NCBI GenBank assembly: GCA_039794345.1
Contig: JBDIVQ010000005.1
Span: 2,132 to 66,131, forward strand
Reading direction: 5' to 3'
Origin: Phycisphaerae bacterium
GTDB taxonomy: Bacteria; Planctomycetota; Phycisphaerae; Phycisphaerales; UBA5793
Length of the DNA: 64,000 bases
Part shown: in pieces, positions 25,673 to 34,088 of the stretch
Position numbering within the stretch: the first letter of the stretch is position 1
Layout: each line of letters begins with the position of its first letter
The notes under the pieces: generated by a model
The model's database searches: none
What the model saw: the letters and a program-made list of their open reading frames with translations, nothing else
What the model was told of the DNA's origin: nothing
Translations under genes and position numbers: made by a program

Positions 25673-27510
25673 AGACGATTCTTGTCATCGACGACATGGA
25701 CCTGTTTCGCGAGCCCATCGCCGCCGCCCTGCGTGCGCGCGGCTTCGAGACGCTGACGGCCGGAGACGGGCACAGCGGCCTGCGCATCGCCCGCAACCAC
25801 CGCCCCGACCTCGTCCTGCTCGACATGGCCATGCCGCAGATGGACGGTCTGGCGGTCCTCGCCGCCATGCGCGTCGATGCTCGACTCAAGAACCTCCCCG
25901 TCATCCTCCTCACCGCCGTCGCGGAACGCGACTACGTCGTGCGCGCGGCGAAGTTCGGCGTGAAGCACTACCTCCTCAAGACCCAGTTCTCCCTCGATCA
26001 ACTCGTTGACCGGGTCCGGCAGGTTCTTGAGGAGTACGGCCGCGGCGAGTCCTCCGCCGACGAACAGTCGCCGATGGCCGCTCCGGCCGGCGCGGCGAGC
26101 GCTCCCGGCTCCCCGGCGGGCGCCACGGCGTCCGTTGCCACTTTCACCGCGGCCGCCTCGGGCGAACCGGCGCTTGAAGCGCCCGACTCCGCGGGCCCAT
26201 CCGGCGATCCTCTGCAGCGCCTCAAGACGCTCAAGTCTCTGCTCACCCGGTCCGAGATGCTCGAGCGCCTCGACAGCGCCGGCGAGTTGCAGGGCCTCTC
26301 GCCCACCGTCTCGCACGTGCTCCGCCTCACCGAGAGTGCCGACAGCACGATGGAGGAGATCGCCCGCGTCATCAAGCAGGACTACGCCGTCGCGATCAAG
26401 ATCCTCCGCCTCGCCAACTCCGTCGCCTATGGCCGCGGCCAGGCGATCGACACCGTGGACAAGGCCGTCGGGCGCCTCGGCCTCTCGCAGATCCGCCAGG
26501 CCATGCTCAACCTCAACGTGATGCACCGATTCACCTCCAGCGGGCAGTACGGGCGGATCAACGGCGGGCAGTTCTGGGAGCACTCGATCGGCGTGGGGAT
26601 CATTGCGGCGCAGATCGCCCGCTGCCGATCCACGGAGGAGGCGGACCTCGCTTTCACCATGGGACTCGTCCACGACCTCGGCCGCCTCATGTTCGCCCAG
26701 GAACTCGGCGACGTCTATGAACAGGTTCTGGCCACGGCCGATGACCTCGGCCTGCCCCTCGAACTGGTCGAGTCGAAACTGCTCATCCTCAATCACGCCG
26801 AGGCGATGGACCGCCTTCTTCACGCGTGGAAGTTCCCCAAGGACTTCATCGACCCGATCGTCTTTCACCACCTCTCGGTGGAGAACATCCGGCACGTCGC
26901 GCCCAAGCGCCTCGTCGAAGTGGCGACGCTGGCGCTGGCGGACCGGCTGTGTCACGCGCTCGTCATCGGGCACAGCGGCAATCACGTGCTCTCTCCCTTT
27001 GACGAGTACTGCCAGGCGCTGCGCCTCGAGCCGCAGGTCATCGCGAACATCGAGGAGGTGGCGCTTCGCGAGACGCGCGACCTCAAACTCGCCCTCATGG
27101 CCGAGTCGAAGGACGGCGCCTGGACGGATGCGCGCGAGGAGTTGCATGAGGCGCTGGGCGGCCCGGTCCGGCCGCTGGTCGTCTGCGATCATCCCCGCAC
27201 GGACGCGGTGCGCCTCTTCTGCGACCAGATCCGAGCCGCGGGCGAAGAGGCGCCGGACGTGGCCGTCGTGCACCTCACCAGCGAGGGCGCGTGGACGCGG
27301 CTGAGCCAGCGACTGCCGGAGATGGAAGCGCAGGAGGGAGTGCGGAACCTGCCGCTGATCATCATCGCCCCGCCGCAGGAGTCGGGACGGCGGATCGAAG
27401 CACCGCCGGGACGCCCGACGCAATTCCTTCATTCGCCCGTCGTGGTGGCGCGCCTCGTCGAGGCGCTGCGCCGGGCCGTGCGGCGGGAGCGGAGAGCCGC
27501 GGCGGCCTGA
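25669..27510 (+). CDS. response-regulator receiver + HDOD domain protein with C-terminal receiver-like region
   Basis: REC (ILVIDDMDL...LVLLDMAMPQMDG). Ala/Pro-rich linker. HDOD-like block (LSPTVSHVLRLTESADSTMEEIARVIKQDYAVAIKILRLANS...HSIGV...GLVHDLG). The start overlaps the kinase stop (ATGA). Confidence 0.8.
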   Translation: MKTILVIDDMDLFREPIAAALRARGFETLTAGDGHSGLRIARNHRPDLVLLDMAMPQMDGLAVLAAMRVDARLKNLPVILLTAVAERDYVVRAAKFGVKHYLLKTQFSLDQLVDRVRQVLEEYGRGESSADEQSPMAAPAGAASAPGSPAGATASVATFTAAASGEPALEAPDSAGPSGDPLQRLKTLKSLLTRSEMLERLDSAGELQGLSPTVSHVLRLTESADSTMEEIARVIKQDYAVAIKILRLANSVAYGRGQAIDTVDKAVGRLGLSQIRQAMLNLNVMHRFTSSGQYGRINGGQFWEHSIGVGIIAAQIARCRSTEEADLAFTMGLVHDLGRLMFAQELGDVYEQVLATADDLGLPLELVESKLLILNHAEAMDRLLHAWKFPKDFIDPIVFHHLSVENIRHVAPKRLVEVATLALADRLCHALVIGHSGNHVLSPFDEYCQALRLEPQVIANIEEVALRETRDLKLALMAESKDGAWTDAREELHEALGGPVRPLVVCDHPRTDAVRLFCDQIRAAGEEAPDVAVVHLTSEGAWTRLSQRLPEMEAQEGVRNLPLIIIAPPQESGRRIEAPPGRPTQFLHSPVVVARLVEALRRAVRRERRAAAA

Positions 27511-27526
27511 CGACGGGCGCCCGCAC

Positions 27527-28024
27527 TCATCCGCCGGCCGCGGCGCGCAGTCGATCCAGCACGCGCTGCGCATGGCCGCGGGCGCGCACGTTGTCAAACC
27601 GATCGATGACGCGGCCCTTCGGATCGATGACATAGGTCGTCCGCACCAGCCCTGTGTAGCGCCGGCCGTAGAGCGTCTTTTCGCGCCAGACGCCATAGCG
27701 GTCGCAGACCTTGGGCACTCCGTCGCGCCCCGGCACATCGGCGAGCAGGACCAGATTCAGGTTGTGCTTGTCCGCGAATCGGCAGTGGGAGGCGGCGTCG
27801 TCGGGCGAAACTCCCAGGATCGCCGCTCCAAGATCGGAAAACGCCCTCTTGAGCGCGGTGAACTCGATCGCCTCGAGCGTGCACGCGCTCGTGTCGTCCT
27901 GGGGGTAGAAGTAGAGAACGACGCTGCGGCCGCGAAACTCGCTCAGGCGGCGCCGCGTGCCGCGCTGGTCGGGCAGGACAAAGGCGGGCGCCTTCGCGCC
28001 TGGCTCGATGGGCTGTCGCGGCAT
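27527..28024 (-). CDS. bcp: thioredoxin-dependent peroxiredoxin Bcp
   Basis: C-terminal 165 aa of ORF 27527..28216. The peroxidatic Cys context is YFYPQDDTSACT, within an AhpC/TSA fold. The start is set at MPRQPIEPG. Confidence 0.88.
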   Translation of the reverse strand: MPRQPIEPGAKAPAFVLPDQRGTRRRLSEFRGRSVVLYFYPQDDTSACTLEAIEFTALKRAFSDLGAAILGVSPDDAASHCRFADKHNLNLVLLADVPGRDGVPKVCDRYGVWREKTLYGRRYTGLVRTTYVIDPKGRVIDRFDNVRARGHAQRVLDRLRAAAGG

Positions 28025-28239
28025 GAAAGATCCTCTCGGCTGTGCGTCTGGGGGACCGCCATTGTACGTGTGGCGTGCAGGGCTGGCCGCTCCGGTATCC
28101 GGAACGCCGCGCGAACCGGAGGGCGCAGCGGCAATAACGGGCCCCGGCGGGGCGTTGTGCTTCTGACGCACGTGTCCGGGCGGCCTCGCGGAGTGCCGCC
28201 CTCTCCGGTGATTCAACAGCAGCCGAAAGGAGAAGGCCT

Positions 28240-29001
28240 ATGTGGAAGATGTTGACCCTGTTGCTGGCGGCGCTGATGGCGCTGTCGGCCGCGCCGCAGG
28301 CGGCGCACGCCCAGCACGTCCGCTTCGCCGGCGTGGTGGAGGAAGTTCGCGACCATTCGATGGTCTTTCACACCGATCGCGGCTCCGTCGAGGTGCTCGT
28401 CACGCCCGACACCCGGCTGATCCGCAACGGCCAGCCGGCGCGACTCGCCGACTTCCAGCGCGGCGACCGGGCACACGTCGCGGCCGAGCGCACCCCCCGC
28501 GGTCTGGTCGGCCTGATGATTGAGGCGACCGATGCGATCCTGCTCCACGGCGTGATCAGCGAGGTCGGAGATCGCGGCATCGTGCTCCACACTGATCGCG
28601 GCGACGTCCACATCGCCGTCAACGAGCACACCCTCATCATCCGTGACGGGCAGCGCGTCCGCCTTGCCGACCTGCGGCGCGGAGACCGGGCGCGCGTCGA
28701 GGCGATCCCGGACGGCCACGGCGGCCTGCTGGCACGGTCGATCCACGCCCGCAGCGGGATGGACGCCATACTCATCGGCGGGACGATTGTCGAGGTCGGC
28801 CATGACTGGATCGTTCTGCGAACCGATCGCGGCGACGTGCGCATCGCCGTGACGGAGCGGACGGAGATCACGCGCAACGGTGCGCCGGCGCGCCTTGAGG
28901 ATCTGCAGGTGCGCGACCAGGCGCGGGTGCAGGCGCGGTGGGAAGGCATGGGCCATGACCGCCGCCTCGTCGCGCTGCGCATCGCCGCCCGCGGCCAGTA
29001 G
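28240..29001 (+). CDS. secreted protein built from three tandem ~72-aa repeats (DUF5666-like, from memory)
   Basis: Signal peptide (MLTLLLAALMALSAAPQAAHA). Three colinear repeats carry the pattern G-V-I-x-E-V-x(4)-I-V-L-H-T-D-R-G-D-V-x-I-A-V-x(3)-T-x-I-x-R-x-G-x(3)-R-L-A-D-L-x-x-G-D-R-A-x-V. Confidence 0.75.
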   Translation: MWKMLTLLLAALMALSAAPQAAHAQHVRFAGVVEEVRDHSMVFHTDRGSVEVLVTPDTRLIRNGQPARLADFQRGDRAHVAAERTPRGLVGLMIEATDAILLHGVISEVGDRGIVLHTDRGDVHIAVNEHTLIIRDGQRVRLADLRRGDRARVEAIPDGHGGLLARSIHARSGMDAILIGGTIVEVGHDWIVLRTDRGDVRIAVTERTEITRNGAPARLEDLQVRDQARVQARWEGMGHDRRLVALRIAARGQ

Positions 29002-29178
29002 CGCCGTTCCGGTTCAGGCGTGGCGGGTGGCACTGCACGCTCTCGGCTTTGAGCGAGAGTGCCGTGCCGAGGGGCAATGGTGATCGACCACACCTGCACC
29101 CTCGCCATCGAGATCCGCCCGGAGCGGAGGCGTTCGATTCCGCCCCGCCGCGACTCGCCTGATGCGGCGTCGATCCGG

Positions 29179-29218
29179 TGAAAAGCCAAGGCCCCGCTCC
29201 GGGCGTCGGAGCGGGGCC
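29179..29218 (-). terminator. candidate intrinsic terminator of the DUF1559 gene
   Basis: Perfect 12-bp stem: ggccccgctccg 29190..29201 / cggagcggggcc 29207..29218. On the minus strand it is followed by ttggcttttcac. It lies 37 nt downstream of the stop at 29255. Confidence 0.6.
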
Positions 29219-29254
29219 TGCTCGTTGAGGCCGGACCGGTCGGCGGCGAATCGC

Positions 29255-30205
29255 TCAGCGCCACCAGGAGTTGTTGTACGTCTTGTCATCCCAACTGTCG
29301 AGGTCGCGCAACGTGTCGCGCTGGCGAATCTCAACATGGCTGTCGGCAAAGAGGGCGTTGGAGCCGGAATTGAAGTGGCGGCGGCTCCAGATGCGGGCGA
29401 TGTTTCCACCCCAGTTGTTCGAGTCCCGTTCCGGGCCGTTGATGTGGACCTCGAGAAACACATCGTACCAGTGATCCAGGTAGGGGTAGCCCCGCATCTG
29501 CCCGGAGATCGAGTTGTCCGGATCGTCGGTGAACTCCGACATGTACATGGCATGGTCCGGCTGCATGAACTCGCTGAGCGGCGCCGTCGGGTGCCGGCCG
29601 TCGCGGTACAGGCCCCCCGCGCGCTGCATCATGATGCCGTTGTTGATGTAGTGGACGACATGCAGCGGATTGGGATACGACGGGCACTGATACTGCTTCA
29701 TCCCATCGAACAGGTCGTGATCAAGCCACACCGTGCTGTCGAGGTTGTGCATGCGCGAATCGGTAAGCGGTCGCACGTACTTGTACAGGGCGCGCGGCCA
29801 GGGGTAGTAGTACGCGTATCCGCCGTTGCGGTACAGGTGAGGCTGGCCTTCGCGCGGCACGAAGTCCTTGTAGTCGGTCGCGTAGATGTGCAGCGCGTAC
29901 CCGATCTGCCGCAGATTGGAGGCGCAGACGCTTGCCCGGCCGTGCTCGCGCGCCCTTCCCAATGCCGGAAGCAGAAGACTGATGAGCAGCGCGATGATCG
30001 AGATCACCACGAGCAGTTCGATGAGCGTGAAGCCGCGAGGCCGAGGCGCCGCGGGGAGGGGCGGAAGAAGCGAAGACTTTCGCACGATAGAGCCGCCTTT
30101 CGTGTCGCGCCCGAACGGGCGGGGGAATCCGCGGTGGCCGGCGGGAGCGACACTCGCCGCCTTCGGCCGACTCGAAAGCATGGTCGATAGTGTGGGCGAT
30201 GTCAA
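29255..30205 (-). CDS. DUF1559-type prepilin-like protein (type II/IV pilin N-terminal cleavage-methylation motif)
   Basis: [26 protein letters not shown] followed by the [20 protein letters not shown] body typical of planctomycetal DUF1559 proteins. The true start is probably internal, for example the GTG of VRKSSLL near 30085. Confidence 0.85.
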   Translation of the reverse strand: MTSPTLSTMLSSRPKAASVAPAGHRGFPRPFGRDTKGGSIVRKSSLLPPLPAAPRPRGFTLIELLVVISIIALLISLLLPALGRAREHGRASVCASNLRQIGYALHIYATDYKDFVPREGQPHLYRNGGYAYYYPWPRALYKYVRPLTDSRMHNLDSTVWLDHDLFDGMKQYQCPSYPNPLHVVHYINNGIMMQRAGGLYRDGRHPTAPLSEFMQPDHAMYMSEFTDDPDNSISGQMRGYPYLDHWYDVFLEVHINGPERDSNNWGGNIARIWSRRHFNSGSNALFADSHVEIRQRDTLRDLDSWDDKTYNNSWWR

Positions 30206-30256
30206 GGGTAATCCCCGATTCTCGCGCCAGATTCCGCGTTCTCCCCGCCGCTATCC

Positions 30257-31075
30257 TTGCCCATGCGACTCATCCGATTCAGCACAGCGGCCGCGCCGGA
30301 CCGGCCGATGACGGGGGTGGATTGCGGCGACGGGCATGCTCTGCCCCTGGCGGGGAGCATCCTCGGCCCCCTCGAGCCCGTGGGCGAGCCGGTCCCCTTC
30401 GGTCGGCTCCACGCACCGCTGCACCCGCCGGTCATTATGGGCATCGGCCTGAACTACCGCGTTCACGCCGCCGAGCAGGGCAAGGAGCCTCCGCAGCGAC
30501 CCATGATGTTCATGAAGAACCCGGCGGCGGTCTGCGGGCCGGTCGATGACATCATCGTGCCCCGCGTCTGCCAGGAGCACGAGCAGGTGGACTTCGAGTG
30601 CGAACTGGGGGTGGTGATAGGCCGATCCTGCCGCGATGTGCCTGCGGAGCGGGCGCTGGACTATGTCCTCGGCTGCACCGCGGCCAACGACGTGAGCGCG
30701 CGGTGGTGGCAGAAGCACGCCGGCGGGGGGCAGTTCTGCCGCGGCAAGTCCTTCGATACCTTCTGCCCCATCGGGCCCTGCGTCGTCACCCTCGACGAAC
30801 TCGGCGACCTCGGCGAACTGCGCGTCCGCACGCGCGTGAACGGCGCAACGATGCAGGACTCGAACACTTCGGACCTCATCTTCAGCGTGGCGCACCTGAT
30901 CGCGTTTCTGAGCGAGGGCACGACGCTCCTGCCGGGCACGCTCATCCTCACCGGCACGCCGGGAGGCGTGGGATTCGCGCGAACGCCGCCGGTCTGGCTG
31001 CGTGACGGCGACGCCGTGGAAGTCGAGGTCGAGAAGATCGGCGTGCTGCGCAATCGCGTGGTGTATGAGCGGTGA
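30257..31075 (+). CDS. fumarylacetoacetate hydrolase (FAH) family protein
   Basis: GIGLNYRVHAAE, DFECELGVVIG and GTLILTGTPGGVG motifs of the FAH/HpcE-type fold. Confidence 0.85.
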   Translation: MPMRLIRFSTAAAPDRPMTGVDCGDGHALPLAGSILGPLEPVGEPVPFGRLHAPLHPPVIMGIGLNYRVHAAEQGKEPPQRPMMFMKNPAAVCGPVDDIIVPRVCQEHEQVDFECELGVVIGRSCRDVPAERALDYVLGCTAANDVSARWWQKHAGGGQFCRGKSFDTFCPIGPCVVTLDELGDLGELRVRTRVNGATMQDSNTSDLIFSVAHLIAFLSEGTTLLPGTLILTGTPGGVGFARTPPVWLRDGDAVEVEVEKIGVLRNRVVYER

Positions 31076-31128
31076 ATCGCGCGCACACGCCGAAGCCCAT
31101 GTTCATTGAACATGGGCGTCGGCATGCA

Positions 31129-31833
31129 TCACGCGCTTTCGTTCAACCGCTTCATCACCGCCTGGAGGTCCGACCACACCTTGCCGCGCGCTTCGGGGGT
31201 GTAGTTGCGCAGGAGGTAGGCGGGGTGGAAGGTGGGCATGACGGGGATTTCGAGATCGCCGAGGCGGCAGGAGTGCCATGAGCCGCGCAGGGCCGAGATG
31301 CCCTCGGTCGTGTCGAGCAGGAACTTGGTGGCCGGGGCGCCGAGCGCGACGATGACCCTCGGCGCGATGATCCGGAGTTGCTCGGCGAGGTAGGGGGCGC
31401 ACTTCATGACCTCGGCCGGCGTGGGAGTGGCGTTGTTGGGCGGACGGCTCTTGAGGACGTTGGCGATGTAGACCTCTTCGCGCTGCAGCCCCATCGCGGT
31501 GATCATCTTGCTGAGCAGTTCGCCGGCGCGGCCGACGAAGGGCCGGCCGGTGCGGTCCTCTTCCGCCCCCGGGGCTTCGCCGACGAAGACGAGCCGGGCG
31601 TCGGGATCCCCCTCGCCGAAGACGGTCCGGGTGTGCGCCGTGGCGGTGGTGCAGTGGGGGCACTCGCGATCGTGGCGGGCGCGGAGATCGTCGAGAAGGG
31701 CCTGCTTGCCGGAGGCGGCGGCGTCCGCGGGGCGCCGCGCCGGCAGCGGCACGAAGCCGACGCCGAACAACTGGTCCGTCCGGACCATCTGCCGCGCCGC
31801 GCGGAGGGCCGGGTCTGCACCCGCGCGGCTCAT
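31129..31833 (-). CDS. udg: uracil-DNA glycosylase, family 4 (Fe-S type)
   Basis: C-terminal 234 aa of ORF 31129..32424. CPHC Cys pair, FGEGDPDARLVFVGEAPGAEED motif A, and HPAYLLRN motif B. Confidence 0.88.
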   Translation of the reverse strand: MSRAGADPALRAARQMVRTDQLFGVGFVPLPARRPADAAASGKQALLDDLRARHDRECPHCTTATAHTRTVFGEGDPDARLVFVGEAPGAEEDRTGRPFVGRAGELLSKMITAMGLQREEVYIANVLKSRPPNNATPTPAEVMKCAPYLAEQLRIIAPRVIVALGAPATKFLLDTTEGISALRGSWHSCRLGDLEIPVMPTFHPAYLLRNYTPEARGKVWSDLQAVMKRLNESA

Positions 31834-32612
31834 GGCAGCACCCCCGCGCAGAGGCGCCGCAGCGCTTCGAGGCTCTTGCGGCTCGATTCGAGCGACGTGC
31901 CGCAGAAGTCCGAGTCCTGCTCGACGATGAACCACTCGACGCCGCCCGCCGCCGCCGTCTTGAGGATCGGCTCGAAGCGGATGATCCCCGAGCCGATCTC
32001 GGCGAACCTGCGGCTCCGGGCATCGCGCATGTCCTTGAGGTGAAGCAGCGGTGTGCGCTTCACGTGCCGGGTGAGGAACTTGAGCGGGTCCGCTCCGCCA
32101 TGCCGGCACCAGTAGACATCGATCTCGAGGCGGATCCGGTCCGGCGGCGCCTCGGCGATGATGTCGATGCCGCGCCGCGCCGAATCCGGACCGAGGGTGT
32201 GAAACTCGAAGTTGTGGTGGTGGTAGGCGAGGCGCAGCCCCCGGCTGGCGAGCACCTCGGCGATGCCGAGCATCTCGCGCACCGCCTGGCGGTAGCCCGG
32301 TTCGCTGCGGTACTCCTCGGTCAGGTAGGGAATCACCACGAGATCGGTGCCGAGGGTGCGGACTTCGTCGATGCACTCCTCGATGTCCGCGCTGAGGCGC
32401 AGGAGGCTGATGTGCGAGCCGCACGCCCGCAGCCCGACGCGGTCGAGCGTCCGGCGGACCGAGGCCGGGGGATGGTCGAACAGCCCGGCGAACTCCACGC
32501 CGGCAAAGCCCATCTCCGCGGTTTGCTCGAGCGCAGCATGGAGATCCTGCTCCGCAACGTCGCGGATGGTGAAGAGTTGAAGCGCGATCGGAGGCGTGGC
32601 GGCCGGGCCCAT
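31830..32612 (-). CDS. sugar phosphate isomerase/epimerase (xylose isomerase-like TIM barrel)
   Basis: C-terminal 260 aa of ORF 31830..33710 (IALQLFTIRD...GFAGVEFAG...YHHHNFEF...EIDVYW...IVEQD). Its stop overlaps the udg start (ATGA). Confidence 0.8.
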   Translation of the reverse strand: MGPAATPPIALQLFTIRDVAEQDLHAALEQTAEMGFAGVEFAGLFDHPPASVRRTLDRVGLRACGSHISLLRLSADIEECIDEVRTLGTDLVVIPYLTEEYRSEPGYRQAVREMLGIAEVLASRGLRLAYHHHNFEFHTLGPDSARRGIDIIAEAPPDRIRLEIDVYWCRHGGADPLKFLTRHVKRTPLLHLKDMRDARSRRFAEIGSGIIRFEPILKTAAAGGVEWFIVEQDSDFCGTSLESSRKSLEALRRLCAGVLP

Positions 32613-32804
32613 GCCCTTCTCCCAGGTGGCGCGGAAGCGGCGCAGTATATGCGTTCCGGCGGTCGGCGCGCGGCCATTCACGTTGTGGCGTCTCTGCGGC
32701 GGCGCACCTATCGTGCTGCCCCGCAGGGCGGGTGGAGGCGGAAGCGCTGTTCGGTCGCAGCGCGGGGCCGTCGCCACATCAGTTGCCGGAATGGCGCGCC
32801 GACC

Positions 32805-33767
32805 ATGGTCGAGATGAGCATCATCTATGCCGCTTGCGTCGCCGGGGCGATCGGGCTGCTCTTTCTCCTGCCGCGGGGCGACCGGCGGTGGGCGCCGATC
32901 GGCGCGGTGCTCGGGGGCGGGGCGCTGGGGGCGGGGTTGCTCGCGCTGTCGCGAGGCCAGGCGGCGGGCGGCGGCGTTGATGTCTTCTTCTACGTCCTCG
33001 CCTTCCTCGCCGTCGGCGCCGCGGTCAGGATGATCACCCATCCCCGGCCCGTCTACGCGGCTCTCTACTTCATCCTCGTCGTCCTTGCCGTCGCGGGGCT
33101 CTTCGTGCAACTCGCGGCCGAGTTCATGGCCTTCGCCCTCATCATCGTCTACGCCGGCGCCATCCTCATCACCTACCTCTTCGTCATCATGCTTGCGCAG
33201 GAAGCGCCCGACGACCGGCATCCCGATGCGCTCACCGACTATGACGCCACGGCCCGCGAACCCGTCGCGGCGACGATCGTCGGCTTCGTCCTTCTCGCGG
33301 CGCTGCTCGGAATGATGTACCGCGGCACAAGCCAGATGCCGGCGCATGCTGCGACGCACCGTCCGGCCGATGCGGAACTGGCGATGCTCACCGGCAAGGT
33401 CGAGGCCGCCTTGCGCAAAGCGGACCTGATCCGGCCGGAAGAGACGATCCGGGAGGTCGATGCGGAGACCCGCACGGCTCTCGTCGCATCTCCTTCGGGC
33501 GACGGAGTCCGAACGGTGACGCTGCCCGTCGATCTTCGCGTGAGCAACGTCGATGCCGTCGGCGTTTCGCTCCTGAGCGAGTTTCCCGTGAGCCTCGAAG
33601 TGGCGGGGGTGATTCTGATGCTCGCCATGCTCGGCGCGGTCGTGCTGGCGCGGAAGGAGCGTCTTGATGCGCCCCGCGAATCGCAGAGCCTCATCGGAAA
33701 GGCGCCCCACGATTCGCAGACCCTCATCGTGGGCGTGGGGGCCAGCGCGGAGGGGGGCGCATCATGA
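32805..33767 (+). CDS. nuoJ: NADH-quinone oxidoreductase subunit J (unusually long, 320 aa)
   Basis: Part of ORF 32040..33767, starting at MVEMSIIYAACVAGAIGLLF. NuoJ helices are present (YFILVVLAVAGLFVQLAAEFMAFALIIVYAGAILITYLFVIML and the terminal EVAGVILMLAMLGAVVLA). It has an expanded TM4-TM5 loop and a repeat-derived C-terminal tail. Confidence 0.85.
   Translation: MVEMSIIYAACVAGAIGLLFLLPRGDRRWAPIGAVLGGGALGAGLLALSRGQAAGGGVDVFFYVLAFLAVGAAVRMITHPRPVYAALYFILVVLAVAGLFVQLAAEFMAFALIIVYAGAILITYLFVIMLAQEAPDDRHPDALTDYDATAREPVAATIVGFVLLAALLGMMYRGTSQMPAHAATHRPADAELAMLTGKVEAALRKADLIRPEETIREVDAETRTALVASPSGDGVRTVTLPVDLRVSNVDAVGVSLLSEFPVSLEVAGVILMLAMLGAVVLARKERLDAPRESQSLIGKAPHDSQTLIVGVGASAEGGAS
33672..33735 (+). 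repeat. tandem 33-nt repeat module forming the NuoJ C-terminal tail
   Basis: ccccgcgaatcgcagagcctcatcgg (33672..33697) and ccccacgattcgcagaccctcatcgtgggcg (33705..33735). They are translated APRESQSLIGK / APHDSQTLIVG. The second unit is 30/31 identical to the reverse complement of 58420..58450. Confidence 0.8.
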
Positions 33768-34084
33768 CCGACGCCCTCTCCGTCCTCGCGCTCAATCACT
33801 ACCTGCTGCTCAGCGCCGTGCTCTTTGTCATCGGCTTCATCGGCTTCCTCACGCGGCGCAACCTCATCATCATGTTCCTGTGCACGGAACTGATGTTCCA
33901 GGCGGCGGCGATCGCGATGATCGCCTTCGGCGCCCACCACGGCAACGTGCAGGGGCAGGTGTTTCTCATTTTCATTCTCACCATTGCGGCGGCGGAGGCG
34001 GCGCTGGCGCTGGCGCTGGTCGTCATGCTCTATCGCCGGCGGCCGACGCTCGATGCGGAGAAATGGTCGGAGTTGAAAGGCTGA
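33764..34084 (+). CDS. nuoK: NADH-quinone oxidoreductase subunit K
   Basis: 106 aa and three TM helices (LLLSAVLFVIGFIGFLTRRNLIIMFLCTELMFQAAA...AAAEAALALALV). The start overlaps the nuoJ stop. Confidence 0.92.
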   Translation: MTDALSVLALNHYLLLSAVLFVIGFIGFLTRRNLIIMFLCTELMFQAAAIAMIAFGAHHGNVQGQVFLIFILTIAAAEAALALALVVMLYRRRPTLDAEKWSELKG

Positions 34085-34088
34085 TGCC

